A DNA stretch of 61,841 bases, filler included, from Choristocarpus tenellus KU-1152 (lineage: Eukaryota > Protista > Phaeophyceae): NCBI GenBank assembly GCA_964200185.2. It is 6 parts of 6 records of this genome, joined end to end, with 100 filler letters (N's around TTAATTAATTAA, not from the genome) between each part and the next. Parts side by side here need not be neighbours in the genome. Positions count along the whole stretch, not along the records: positions 39,397 to 52,698 come from CAXNAD020001531.1; positions 52,799 to 56,615 come from CAXNAD020017759.1; positions 56,716 to 61,841 come from CAXNAD020011788.1; 3 more parts are not named here. One strand, given 5' to 3'. Below the pieces are notes generated by a model. That model was not told the DNA's origin. It was given only the letters and a program-made list of their open reading frames with translations, and did not search any database. Numbering within the stretch: the first letter of the stretch is position 1; the number at the start of each line of letters is the position of its first letter. The position numbers and the translations under genes are program-made. Shown in pieces: positions 49,901-61,841 of the stretch.

Positions 49901-52698
49901 TTGCCCCCATCCTTGCAGTCATCTTTTTGTCTTCGGAATCCACCTCACCTCGCTGGCCTCCACTTCCACAATCAACGTCACTGGGCCATTCGCCTGGCTA
50001 TTCCAATCTAGCAGTGGAGTGTACACAACCTCACTCAATGCCACTGATACGTCTTCCGGAAGCCCCCGTACAGCCAGTCCATCACCTTCACTGTTCCTCC
50101 TTACATCTCTATCCTGGAGATTAACATCTTCCTCCAGAACAAGCACATTTTTCGACCAATCAGTATCACTTGCTCCCAAGGTCACGGTTCCAGAGGAACA
50201 AGACACCCTCCCATCTACTAGGACCAACCCATCCCTGTATTCTACAAAAATTGTTTTCAGCATCAATGATTCATCCTCTAACATCTCCCTGAGGGTGGAA
50301 TTCAGGGTCAGAGATGGTGGCAACGGGGCTCTCACAGGGCCACCCATGGCAACTTCAGATGAGGCATTGCCTTGTAGACCCTCATTGTCAGAGACCCACA
50401 TCGTGATGGTGTCCACACCAGTTAACCAGCGATCAGCAAGGTAGGTAATGTCAGCCAGGGCGAGATTGATGGATTCCTGACATGACAAGAGTGTTAGTAG
50501 TAGGGGTAGGGTTAGGAATACTATGGAGTTCTAGAGTAAGAAGTGTACAAACCTTACACCTCACTGGGTTGCTCTTCCTTGGAGTACAATTTTTTTCATT
50601 CAATATACCCTGGAGCAAAAAGATCATCTATCAGAAATTGAAAAAAAATAAAACATCATTCCTTGACCCAAATTTCCACCTCTACTAGAGATAAATTGAA
50701 AGTCAAGAGCCACTAGTACAGTTTAAATTGTATGTCTGGAGTATTTGGGTAGAAATAAGTCACACAGTTTCAAAACATCACGAGGACTTATGTCAGACAA
50801 GACCTGTGTCAGACAAGACTTATGTCAGACAAGACCTGTGTCAGACAAGACTTATGTCAGACAAGACTTATGTCAGACAAGACTTATGTCAGACAAGACT
50901 TATGTCAGACAAGACTTATGTCAGACAAGACCCCTGCCACGACAGAAAAACAAGGCAAACGGTGCAAACCTGTGGACCTAGAAGTCGCATGGTGGTGGAG
51001 GAGAGGTCGAATCCCTCTGGAAAAGCGACTGTGTACTGTTCGCGGTCCTTTCTGAGTGACAACATGCAATAGCTACACTCCACACTGACCTGAACATGGG
51101 GGGGCAAGACGTCCCATTTGATAAGATAACCCAATCCTTCGAACTTAGGTTTTGGTACTGATGCTAGCGTTCAGTGGAAGCAGGGCTCAGTAAAACCATC
51201 ATTGGCATAGACTTCTAAGCTTTACCGGGGAAAATGGGATGGACCCTCAATGGTCTGTCTACAAGTGAAACAAAGATCTGGGACAATCCCTGTAAGACAA
51301 CAGAGCAAAAATTGAGAGGAATTTAATAAAATGCCGTCATAGCTGGATCCTTGCATTTCTTGTGAATCATTGTATTTCTTATGCTTTCTTCTCTTGGGAT
51401 TGCATCAATGGTGATATGGGGGGGGAAGGAATTCACACCAACAGCAGCTCATCAATGCACACCAGGTTTGCAGACTAAGAAACATTGATTCAATACCACC
51501 ACAAGAAATGGATGAGATCCATGTGTTGTTTGCTGAGGGACTCCAATTAAATTCATTTTTTCGATGCAAGCAAGTGCCTCGAGATGACTTCAAAAAGAGT
51601 GCAGCAAAAAATGGGCGTGTCTTTACTCCGACTGAGTTCAAACTTAACGACAATGCTTTGGTCATTGTGTGGAACATCAATCTCTCCAGCAATAGATCGG
51701 TATGCAGAGAAAGCTATATTACAACTATTGTGTTGCATGGACCATATAATCACAGCAAAATACGTTTGCAAGCGCTCTTCCATGTCAATATGCAATCTGT
51801 CTCTGTCAGCAATCTTTTTTTTTTTCAATTGCTGTTGAATATAATCCCCCCTGTCCTCATAGAAACAAGGAGTCATACCTCCATAAGTCCACTTGATCTC
51901 CACTCATCAGCATCCCACACAGAGAAACCCTGCAACACTGTGAGTTCCCCTGGTATGGCAATAAGGACGCTAGGCACCTTAGCAATTGGGGCATCATTCA
52001 CCCGCCGCACTGCTACTTGAAGTGTCACCTTGCTAGTGCGAATCTCACCAGACCCATAATTGCCATTGTCATTAGCCTCCAGCTTGTTTGGACAGGAGAG
52101 AGAGAGAGAGTACACAATAGAAAATGAAGCCATGCAACGTGAGAGATGAGCAGGGGGCCAGACATCTATTTGGGGAAGTGGCTACCCTTGCGCTTCAATG
52201 CAGCACTAGATGTTGCTTCACTTGCTTCACATGAGCTGGAGGGTGATCATTCACAGAAATGTTGTGCTAGAGCTCCATTGACAACACATTGAACACACAA
52301 AACCTTACCAATGGTGTCTCATTGACACCATCCATCTTCAGTGGCAAAATTCCAACACCAAGTGCAAATATCAACCTTCCAAAGTGACAATGTAGAATAT
52401 GACTATTTGGTCACGATTTTCGAGGAGCCAATTCCAAATTCATCACACTGGCACCCGTTGATGGGAAGAATTGCGCTCTCCGTGGCCAATTACAGTCCCC
52501 GTTTAGACAAATAGAATACCCACATCACCTTCAACCTCTCTTGTAAACCCCGTAGAACTCATATGTACTTCCTCACCTCATCCACCTTGACCCCTCCTCT
52601 CACCCCTCCTCTCACCTGTAGCTCATCCACCCCATTCCATTCCTCCTCTGGGACATACATTGCTCCAAGAAGGATCCTCCTCACATCCTCAAGAGGGG
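40989..52698 (-). CDS. Giant repeat protein fragment (>2000 aa): cadherin-like/VNDxP repeats followed by stramenopile-type 'EVQ...GxFxL...ALExL...WxVTF...GD' repeats
   Basis: In-phase exons: 52698-52616, 52082-51879, 51089-50970, 50476-49949, 49468-48698, 48401-45837, 45357-44981, 44718-44490, 43822-43493, 42953-42582, 42369-41920, 41171-40989. Repeated VNDAP/VNDPP/VNDSP/VNDIP/KNDPP/INDPP linkers followed by ED and DxD motifs. C-terminal repeats include ALEKLPNVGDVRV..WEVTFVGDGGDLP and ALTSLDTIGKVNVAR..WTVTFLGGGGDF. Confidence 0.85.
50785..50928. repeat. Intronic minisatellite, 9 x 16 bp (GACTTATGTCAGACAA; units 2 and 4 GACCTGTGTCAGACAA)
   Basis: Counted directly in the sequence; no spacers between units. 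Confidence 0.95.
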
Positions 52699-54438
52699 NN
52701 NNNNNNNNNNNNNNNNNNNNNNNNNNNNNNNNNNNNNNNNNNTTAATTAATTAANNNNNNNNNNNNNNNNNNNNNNNNNNNNNNNNNNNNNNNNNNNNAC
52801 ATACAACAGAATACCTCGAATACAGAGAAAAAATGACTTGCGTTGCAATTGGTTACCTTTTTTTTTTTAATGGCCACTCTCTGCTGTAGTGGCATTCATT
52901 TTCTTTTTCTGATTTTGTTGAACAAGAGTGTGGATCTGGTCATTACCCCCCCACCCCCTCAAAATGTTCGATTTAGGAGCCCACTGTATGGAACTTAGCA
53001 ACTTTTTTTCAAGGATGGATCAGTAAATACTTAAGTATAAATATTAATAGTGCTTGTCCCATGTGGGGGGGAGGGTATTAGGTACTGTATTGTAATTGCA
53101 TGTATATTAGATATTAAGCGTTTTTATGGGGGAGGGGGGGGGGGGTATGACTCTCTCCATTGAGGAGTCTTGCTTCTATCCTAAATAATGAAAGGGGAAA
53201 TAGGGAAAAAAAAAAATCTGTTACTTTGTATAGGAAAGTTTTTTTTTGGTAACTATAACTTACGGGAGAAAAGAAAAATGTTTAGTTTAGCTTCCTTCTC
53301 TTATAGCATTTTATTTTTTGTAGAGGACAGAATATTTGGGGCACTCTATGGACTTTTTTGTCTCAGAACAGACGTACGTTGCACTTTTTATTCAAGTGTT
53401 TAATCTATGATTGATGTTGTCCTCATTTTTCATCCCTGCACTCAATGACAGTGTTTTCACTGGGACATTTTATCAGCAGTTGCTGCAGTCTCTGTTAAAA
53501 GGGCACTGGAGGTTGGGCAGAGTAGTGTGGATTCATACTCTCCCCAGTGATCATGAAAGTAGTAAGCTTGGGGTGAATACCAAGCATTGTTGTCGGTTAC
53601 AGATTTGGGAACTGTAAAAAAAAACAAACTTGAAAAGCATTCTATATGAACCTGCAGACTATACCTGGGAAAACTGATCCTTTATCTTGTTTTTTTGGCA
53701 GTTGTTCGTTTTGATGATGGTTTGCAATAATGCCTTTAGGGTACGTGATGAGTGGGATATACTCAGCAACCCTGTGTGAGCACACAATTGGTAAAATTAA
53801 TTGATTTCAGACTGCTGCTGTTGGATGATAGTTCAATAAAAATTCGCTTCAAATAGATGTTCTATTGGTTGAGATGGCTGTTGTTCTGAAAAGGTGTTTT
53901 TGAAGAAGGATGACACCCTTTTTTACCACTGTATGAGGCAAGTGTTACACGACATGTTTTCAACAGGGGAGGGCCTTTGTTGAGAAGATGTTTTTATTTA
54001 TTTTCTATTGTATTTCTCAGTTATTTTGCATTTGTGACCCCCAACTCATTGCCTTTATCCCCTAGGGGCTTTTTTGTTGTTGTCCATCCCCTCACACAAT
54101 ATGACTGTGGCAGGGAGATACGCCATCTTTGGTGTTCTTGTTGTTGATGATGATGATATTTTTTATGCTTGTGGAATTGAACGTCTAGGGAAATAAAAGA
54201 GTATTTTAGTGACCGTTGCATTGAACTACTGTAACCATGGAGGCAAGGATGGGGATGGGTTCAGGGTAGCGTTACGAGACATTATCATCATTTACTTTCA
54301 AGGTAGCTGAACCAAGGCACTTCCAGAGGCAAATGGCTGATCTCTGCATCTCAGCTCCTGGGTGTCTCAGAATCCTACTCCTCCCCCTGCATCTAACCCC
54401 CTTCCCAGATCACCGCGCGACTTTTTTGAGTTTTGTGT

Positions 54439-56586
54439 GATGACATCTGAGGATGGGCCTCAGGGGGGACCATCAATGGACCACAGGAGGGATGGTAGTG
54501 ACGGTGGTGGCAGCAGAGGTTCAAGCAACCAGGAAGGTTCTCCGGGGGGTGGTGACTATGGTACCACAGGTATGCCTTGCCAGGCAACGTTTGTGCACTA
54601 CCGTTGTTGTATGGTTTCCATGTAGATTGAAAAGGTTTTGCACGGTGAAGACATTCTATTGGCTGAACGTGTCATTGCACCTGTTTTGATTGGCTTGTAA
54701 TTTTTATTGTCCTGCCCTGTCCACTGATGATCGATGTGTTTACTCGACTACTCAGGCACTCCTGGTGGTGGTAGTCACAGGAGTCACCGAGTTGGCCCCA
54801 GTGGCAGCCATGGGGGCTACGACTCAAGCCCCAACTACTATTCGGCTCCCCTCGATTCCTTCTCGGGGATGAGTGACAGCAGGGGGGTGGGGGATAACAG
54901 GGGTCTTGCAGGGTTGCTTACAGCAACCTCGGCAGCAAGAGCTGCTGCTGAGGAACAGTATCGATAGTGAGTGTTCTGGCTTTTTCACTTTTTTTCTTCT
55001 AATTTTGAAACTGTCATATATTTTCCGTTGGGAGATGACAGGGAGTCATGGTACAAGTTAGCGTTAAGTTGCAGAAAGGACACTTAAGCTTTTCATCTGT
55101 TAAAAACCTCCTTCCTCTTGAGTACTTGCAACAGAGCACTTCATTACATGCAGCTAACTCTTTCCCTTCCTCCTCCTTTCCTTCCTTACACTTGGTGTGT
55201 CTTTTGTCTTGTGAATATGGTTATATAGTAATGCCTCTCCAACGGGGAGAGGTATGTATCCCTTGCCAAAGATTGGTGAGAGACACAGTCCACAGATGGT
55301 GACGAGCAGTGGGCTCGTAGGGGGGGGGAACAAGGAGACACAAAGCAGTCGGGTGAGTGTCTTAGAATACCAAATACAATGTACACTGCATCTTTAGCCA
55401 GCCACATTGAAAGTATGGTGGAAATGAAATTTTGGCAAGATTTACTAAATCCTGTTTTTATATTAATCAAGGAAACGAAAGACAGCACTCTGTCCAACAG
55501 AAACAGTCTTGCTACATCGAGCCAATGGTGCATGTTTGGGTCTGGAACCTCAACCACCTCATCAATCTTGCTGCTGAGTGTATTTCTAGTACTACTGAGT
55601 ATTTCGTTAAGAGGTGTGAGGGGTTTTTTGTTTTTGATTTTGTTTGAAGCGGGGAACAGTGTCGAGTCTTTGGTCTATCTGTCAGTGTGCCATAAGTTGG
55701 GACTTAGGGGTTCCAGCACTCTTTCAAATAGAACCAGTCCTGTTGACCCTTGGACATATCCCCATGAGGCAGCAAGTCCTACATAGTTGCACTTGAATTC
55801 GTCTAGTGTTCACGGCAGCCCCACGCTTTCAGTTGATAGCGTTCAGAGCTTCAGCCCTCCTCACTCCTCCCGATTTTTGTTTAATCTTTTCTATTGACTC
55901 AAGCACGTGAATTGAAGAGTGTTCACATCTAACCCCACCAGGAAGCATCACCCAATACCTATATCTTTCCCCCCCACAGTTTCCAGCACCAGCACTCAAC
56001 GCTGCTCACTTCTCCCCCCTATCCCTACCCCCTGCCAACGATCTTAATACAGATGCCGTCCTTTGCCTCTGTAACTGGAAGTGTATATGCGGCAGACAGC
56101 CATCACCATCGCCGCCTGGAAGGGGGGGATGCCAATGTGACTGGCCCTGGCCTTGGCCCACCTGGGCCCTCATCCCCTGCCCCGTGGCTCAATCGTCACC
56201 CGAACTCCTTCTCTGCTGACCGTGTCCATCCCCAGCTATTCCAGCGGGTGGGGCACCCTCACATGCATTCCTCTAGCACCATGTTTTCATCCCATTCGAT
56301 GATGGAGCGCATGAGCAATGGCCGTGGAAGTTCGGGTGGTGGCGGGGTAGGTGGGCCTCGCACGGCTCTTCCAAATGACCATCCCCTTCGACGGAGCCAC
56401 CTTCACAATCTACATCACCCACCTGGTTTGGTGGAACGGTTGCAGGGGCCAGTGCCAGCCACAGACCCTGATGCTGAAGCCGAGGTGGCTCTCTGGGAGA
56501 GTGTTGCTGCTGGCGCGACAGAGGGAGCAGAAGCTCCGGAGTTCATCCCCAATGGGATGAGTGGATTTGGGGGGGGGGTTCAGTAG
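54439..56586 (+). CDS. Fragment of a Gly/Ser/His/Pro-rich hypothetical protein
   Basis: Exon-like GC-rich segments at ~54439-54569, 54756-~54966 and 56053-~56586, with GT/AG boundaries. The first two join in phase. The middle junctions are unresolved and no domain was recognised. Confidence 0.45.
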
Positions 56587-57254
56587 CTTCCTACCCACGG
56601 CTCCTGGGATGGGAGNNNNNNNNNNNNNNNNNNNNNNNNNNNNNNNNNNNNNNNNNNNNTTAATTAATTAANNNNNNNNNNNNNNNNNNNNNNNNNNNNN
56701 NNNNNNNNNNNNNNNGTAAATTTCTCTTTTCCTGATTTTGACCCAAATTGACACCCTGGTGTAGACCCTCCCCCCCCCCAAGATACTTTAGGTCATAATA
56801 TTCCCTTCGAAATGACTGTGTTTCTACACCAATCCCTATGCAGCAAATTATGTAGTGAAGAAGATGTTAAGCAGGATGGGGGCAAGAACCTACCCTTGAC
56901 GAAGGCCTTGCCTGCCCTCGAGCCCTTCCCATCATGCCAGGCTGGTTGCATCCTCGCATTTGAACACGGAACTGACCTACGACCGAGACTTGTTCCCGTA
57001 GCTTAGATTAACAGGATCACTTCCGTCTACAAGCATGTGTGTGAAGAGAGGGGAAAAACACAGTCCTCATAAAAACATATATCTGTACTTGTGAAAATAA
57101 CCCCAAATTTCTTAATCCTCCCACTGATATCAGCAGTAATTGCAGTACTGTCACTGGTGGTTCCCCCAAGGTAAACAAACCTATCAGTCTGCTTGTAGGT
57201 CTGGTCCAGTGCCTAGATCTGCATGGGTTCTGCACGCCGAAGACACACAATCTC

Positions 57255-58780
57255 CGTCTTTAACGCTGACACAGTCAAATAAAATGAACTGACCATCTTC
57301 ACAAGCAACTGGCATGCTCACCTGAGCACCTTGAGTCTTGGAGAAATGCCCGCATCATCAGCATGGAGCATATCCCACAATAGCGAGGATGGGAGCAAGA
57401 ACACACACCTAATGGACTCCAACGAGACTCTTCTCATGACAGCATCCATGCAAACACATGCCGTTATTCTATCGTGGAATTGTCAGATGAAAGGAGCCAT
57501 AGTGTTAGGATTTCAAATTGGCTACCACCAACCCAGAGGAGATCACGACTGCCAAGTCTTAAGCATTCTGTAGATCGATAAAAGACATGAAGAGGGGCAC
57601 ATGCTTTTCGTAGCCGAACTCTTGGAGGATACATTCAGTGTACATCATTTTCATGGAGGAGTGTCGGGGCCGGAAACCACACCACACTGTTCCTCGGGCA
57701 GTTTTCTCTCCCGGTAATCTCCCAGCTGCCGTGTAACAACCTCGAGGAGGTCTTGCCACGATGTGCCTCCACTCCAATAAGAGATGCCCCTATAGTTGCC
57801 GCAGTGGATGCGGTCTTTCTTCTAGTGGAGCACTGTTGTGACCGCATCCTTTCAGTTCTGTGGTGCAGCTTTCTTGGTCCACACAGCCAACAATATCTTG
57901 TGGATACCCTGGAGGATCTCCACCTCCTCCAACAGTCCAAGTCTTAAGAGATCAAGTGGAAGATTTGTGAAGATACATAGTGTTCCCATTTCCCATTTCC
58001 TGGAGTGCTTCAGCCACCTTGTTGCTGCAATAGCGAAGGCCATAGATATGGGTCGTTGATCGAGAAATTCAGCACTATGAGGGTTGAGATTAAGCAATTC
58101 AGTCTTATGGAGTACTAGTGTGAAGCCTCTCTTCTAGTTGTTGATCATCACTATTCACAATAGGTCGGAATGCTATGTATTTATTTCTTCATGACCTTTT
58201 TTATTATGTTTTCACCATTTGAAAAAGTTGGTTGTAGGTGAAGTGGTTACCTTCGTAAGGCAAGTGGGCGTTGTCTTAGTGCTATGCGGAGGTCCATTTC
58301 AACACCTCGAGGACCGACCAGGCTTGTACCCTAGATGAAACGATCAGCTTATGCTGTTGTTGCACCCTTGAATCCCTGTCTACAGGACAGTCGGCAGTGC
58401 TGGGTGTTGGTGTTGGGAAGAATGTTCGTCAATTCAACTGCTTGTGTGGGGTCTCAGTCCTTATCCCTACACCCCTAATCTACGGTTCCCAACCGTCGTA
58501 CTTATAAAAAAATATAACGCCCGGCTACCTCCTACTACAGGTTTCTTCCTCTCCGAGCTACATGTGCTGTGCTATCCCTCCTGGCTTTCGGGCTTGATTT
58601 TGGGACTGATGCATGGTCCTTTCCGATCCCCAAAGCCGCTGCTCCGTCTGTGCTTGCCTGCTCAGCACTCCTAACTGCCGAGAAAAGGTGCTCTGGGATT
58701 CCTTTAAGAGGATCGATGTGCAAGTCATGCCCATTTACAGTAGTATTGTCGGTGTATTCAACCATCCTCGTGGACAACAT
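57255..58780 (-). mobile_element. Degenerate RTE-clade LINE (reverse transcriptase region)
   Basis: Frameshifted minus-strand translations: LLRLGL...ILLAVWTKKAAPQN*KDAVTTVLH*KKDRIHCGNYRGISLIG.AHRGK...LPEEQCGFRPRHSSMKMMY...LQEFGYEKHVPLFMSFIDLQNA...QFHDRITAC. These match RTE-type RT subdomains 0-3. Confidence 0.85.
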
Positions 58781-59667
58781 AGGTAGCTCGTCTGTGCTCC
58801 CCTACCATTAGATCTCGTCAAAAGTTGTGAACTAACGAATTGGCCTGTAATATTGTTTCCATATTGTTATCCACTGGCGGTTGTTGGCAGCTGTATCAAG
58901 GATAGAATATGTAGGATGATGACTTGACCATATGTATAGCCTTGCGACGTCATCAGATTTTCAGATACCTCAGACAAATTATATTTTCTCAGTAAGACCG
59001 TCCGTAATAGTAAGGAAACGTGTTGCTTGTTCCAATGTTGATTCTCACCCTGATGCTGCCCAGGCGTGCTTTTCATTCTTTACTCTATTCTTGCCAATGC
59101 TCCTTCATCTTTCTAGTTAATTGACTGAATGAATCTCTCCCACATTCAACAAAGTAGCTGCGAATGGCGTGATTCTTATCGTCTCACTGTCCGTGAATTT
59201 TTATCAAGTCGATAGCCAACACTTAACTCAAGTCACTGCATCATACGGTCGATTTCCACTGTGTAGACATGTTGCCGTTGATACATTTTTCTCACCAGAA
59301 TGAGGTTGAGAGTAGTTCAAACTCACACCTAAAACACCAAGGAGCTGAACTAGCTCTTTGGCAGCTTTTGTGCTCCTGTGCATGAAGAAAAAGACCCTCC
59401 CATGTGAAGCATATTCCTTGGGTGTTGAGAGATCTATTTGGTTGAGAAAGCGTCGCAACAGTAGTAGTGAACTTGCTATCAATTGTTCCTGTTCCCGCAA
59501 GAAGCAGATTGAATGTTGGATGTTAGGCACCTGGAAGCTTGCACACCAGCTGCATCTCTCTGTAGAAGCTCCTACCCAACCCTCCCCCTTTCCCCTCCAA
59601 TAGGGTTCTTGTTGCTAGAGTGTTGACTCTAAACAAGAATGTGCCTTTTGATTATTAATTACAAGAA

Positions 59668-59710
59668 ACCCTAGCCCTAACCCTAACACTAACACTAACA
59701 CTAACCCTAG
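59668..59710 (-). repeat. Interstitial degenerate (CCCTAA/CACTAA)n telomere-like tract
   Basis: ccctagccctaaccctaacactaacactaacactaaccctag. Confidence 0.8.
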
Positions 59711-59979
59711 TTTTTTTAAAGCCCCAAAGGGCATCATCACCACCCATAATTTGTTTTTGGTTGTCGTTTTAGATTCACTGTGCACGTATATTCCTCCATT
59801 AACATAGGTCAAATATGAGAACACAATATTTGCTAGGAGGCAAATCAATTCACCATATTGCTCCCCCCTTGCCTTCTCTGACTACTCACTTTGCTTTATC
59901 CTGAGGAATCAGGGGCCTTGCACGGTTTTGTCAATGTGGGGTTGCTTTTGCAGCAAAATTACCTACGCCATTGTGTCAG

Positions 59980-60078
59980 CTGTCAGCACTTGGTGGAGGA
60001 GATGATGGCGAGGTTGAAGCCCCCCCTGGGACATTGATTTCCCCTCAAGATGTCAGTGATGGCAGCATGTCGATGGAG
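59980..60078 (+). CDS. Putative isolated 99-bp phase-0 exon
   Basis: CAG|...|GTGGGG boundaries enclose the open frame LSALGGGDDGEVEAPPGTLISPQDVSDGSMSME. Parent gene unknown. Confidence 0.35.
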
Positions 60079-61841
60079 GTGGGGTGGTGGTGGTTGGGTT
60101 TGCCTGCTTGGGAGAAATCTCACCTCTTTGTGCCTTTGCTGAGATCATGCCAAGTTGTTACAATAAATACACAAACAGGATGGAATAAGATTGAGAAATT
60201 TTTTGGGAGGTGATAGAAGGAGCAACACGACCCCCCCCCTGGTGAAAATTCGCGACTTCTTGCGATTAGTCAATGATATGCAATCATAGGATGAATATCG
60301 GCATTTAGACCACTTAAAAGCGGTTGGAGTTATAATGAGCAAATGATGTGCCCTCCTAGTATCAATAGCAACATTTTTTTAACCAATGAAAATGGTAAGT
60401 GAGGCAATGAGCCAATGACATGTGTTCGTAGCGGGGATAGCAACATTTAATCAATTAAGGTTTATCCCACCTGTTTTGGTACAGTCTGACTTGGGTATTC
60501 TACCTGAGAATCGAAGCTATGATACAGAAGCAGAAGAGATTTGTATACCCTCGATTGCTTTCCTTAACCCTATTCAAAATCCATTCCCTCCTTTTGCTCA
60601 TCACTCATTTCTAGCTTTGTTGGTTGTGGCAGCATGTAATCCAATGCAATGCGGTGATAATGCCAATGAGCAGATGGTATGCGCTTGCCCCTGTAAGCTC
60701 TAATCTTGCCCCCTTGATGTTAGCGTGGATCTATTGCCAGAAGAATAGGTACTGTTGCGATCTGTCTCACATGCTATATTCTGGTGAAGATTAGTGGAAG
60801 TTGCTTTGATGTGGTGGGATGTTGCCAAGTGTATTGCTGCATTAAGAGAGGGGGCCAGGGAAGTTGGGTGGGTGAAGTGGTCTTTGTACTGATCCAAGAT
60901 AACTGAGATCGGCGAATGTTTCGGCCATCTTGAGTTTTTCAAAGGGCTTTTCAACCTTGTTTTTTTTTAAGATGAAGAGATCAAAAAGATTAAGTGTCGA
61001 TAGGGATACCTTGCTTCTGCAAATGGAACGTACTCTTGCAAAGCAGCCAAACTGCACTTCACAGATGCTGACTGTGTGCTCCAAAGGCATGTGACATGCG
61101 TACCAGAAGTCAAGATGTTGTTACTCAGTGGCACCCCCTACTTGGCTGCTTTGACTCACTTGTAATAGCGATTTGTTGTTTTGGGTAAGAGCCATAGTTT
61201 CCAAAAGGGCGGTACGGTTAAGAACAACGGGTCTGTTTGACTCCCTTCTGGTACATGTGCTCTTAGTACTTGGGAGGCGATTTCGTGCTGTCATGGACTA
61301 GTTTTGATCACCTCTTCTGCGCCGCAGCCTCCCGATGTGGTCTAGCTGCATTTTTGGCATGTGAATGGGGTACCCTGCCAGGAAGAACGCCTTTCGTCTG
61401 TTACGATGAAAGAGGGTATAAATCAACTCGCCTCTTGAAAACTATGGCTCTAAATTTCTTATTTTGAGGTTGAACGTGAGAATAATCTTGATTTGCTTCT
61501 TGTGAGCGGGGTTGATGAGGTCTGTAAGGTCTACGCTTTTGCTGGTGCTGTCTATATTTCAATATTTGTGTTCAGAGTTTGTTCAGGGTTTTGCTATAGA
61601 GTAGCGCAATAGCTGCAAAGTAGTCCGTCCCCTGGTAAAAAGCTTGGTAGAAACTAGTGCTATTTCAACAATCAGAAGGGCATGTTGGTGGGTATGTGTT
61701 CTATCCGCTACCGCGAAGGGGTTCAAAGTGCATACGAGGTGCCTCGACAGAACAATCCCCCCCCCCCCCTAGCAATTTCCATTGGTAGTAGTTTTTCATT
61801 AGGGCATAGCCTTTTTGAAGGTGGACGTGGGTGGGAAAGTA

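Noticed and set aside
50785-50928. CRISPR-like appearance, and ORFs with repeated peptides (50728-51072 and others)
   Set aside because: The units are contiguous with no unique spacers, there are no cas genes, and the site is a eukaryotic intron. The ORFs are by-products of the minisatellite.
60400-61841. Possible decayed retroelement coding sequence
   Set aside because: Only short broken frames with no motif I can identify with confidence.

Overview
Eukaryotic, intron-rich genomic DNA, most consistent with a brown alga (Phaeophyceae) or close stramenopile. It consists of six contigs joined by artificial 100-bp N/TTAATTAATTAA/N spacers. Spliced gene models were reconstructed by hand with phase-consistent GT-AG introns. 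They are: a complete Sas10/Utp3 U3-snoRNP gene; a bestrophin-family channel gene with an unresolved 3' end; the 3' half of a PrimPol gene; a complete M20 acetylornithine deacetylase gene; a probably plastid-targeted YqgF/RuvX nuclease gene; three 126-bp exons each encoding one TPR repeat; and a >2000-aa fragment of a giant protein with cadherin-like and other repeats. Intergenic and intronic DNA holds degenerate RTE-like LINEs, an LTR-like dispersed repeat, two MITE families, minisatellites and TTAGGG-like tracts. The most notable item is the array of TPR exon cassettes, whose flanking intron sequence is duplicated along with each exon (an exon-shuffling signature). One cassette is interrupted by a MITE next to its splice acceptor. 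AAG splice acceptors are also unusually frequent.
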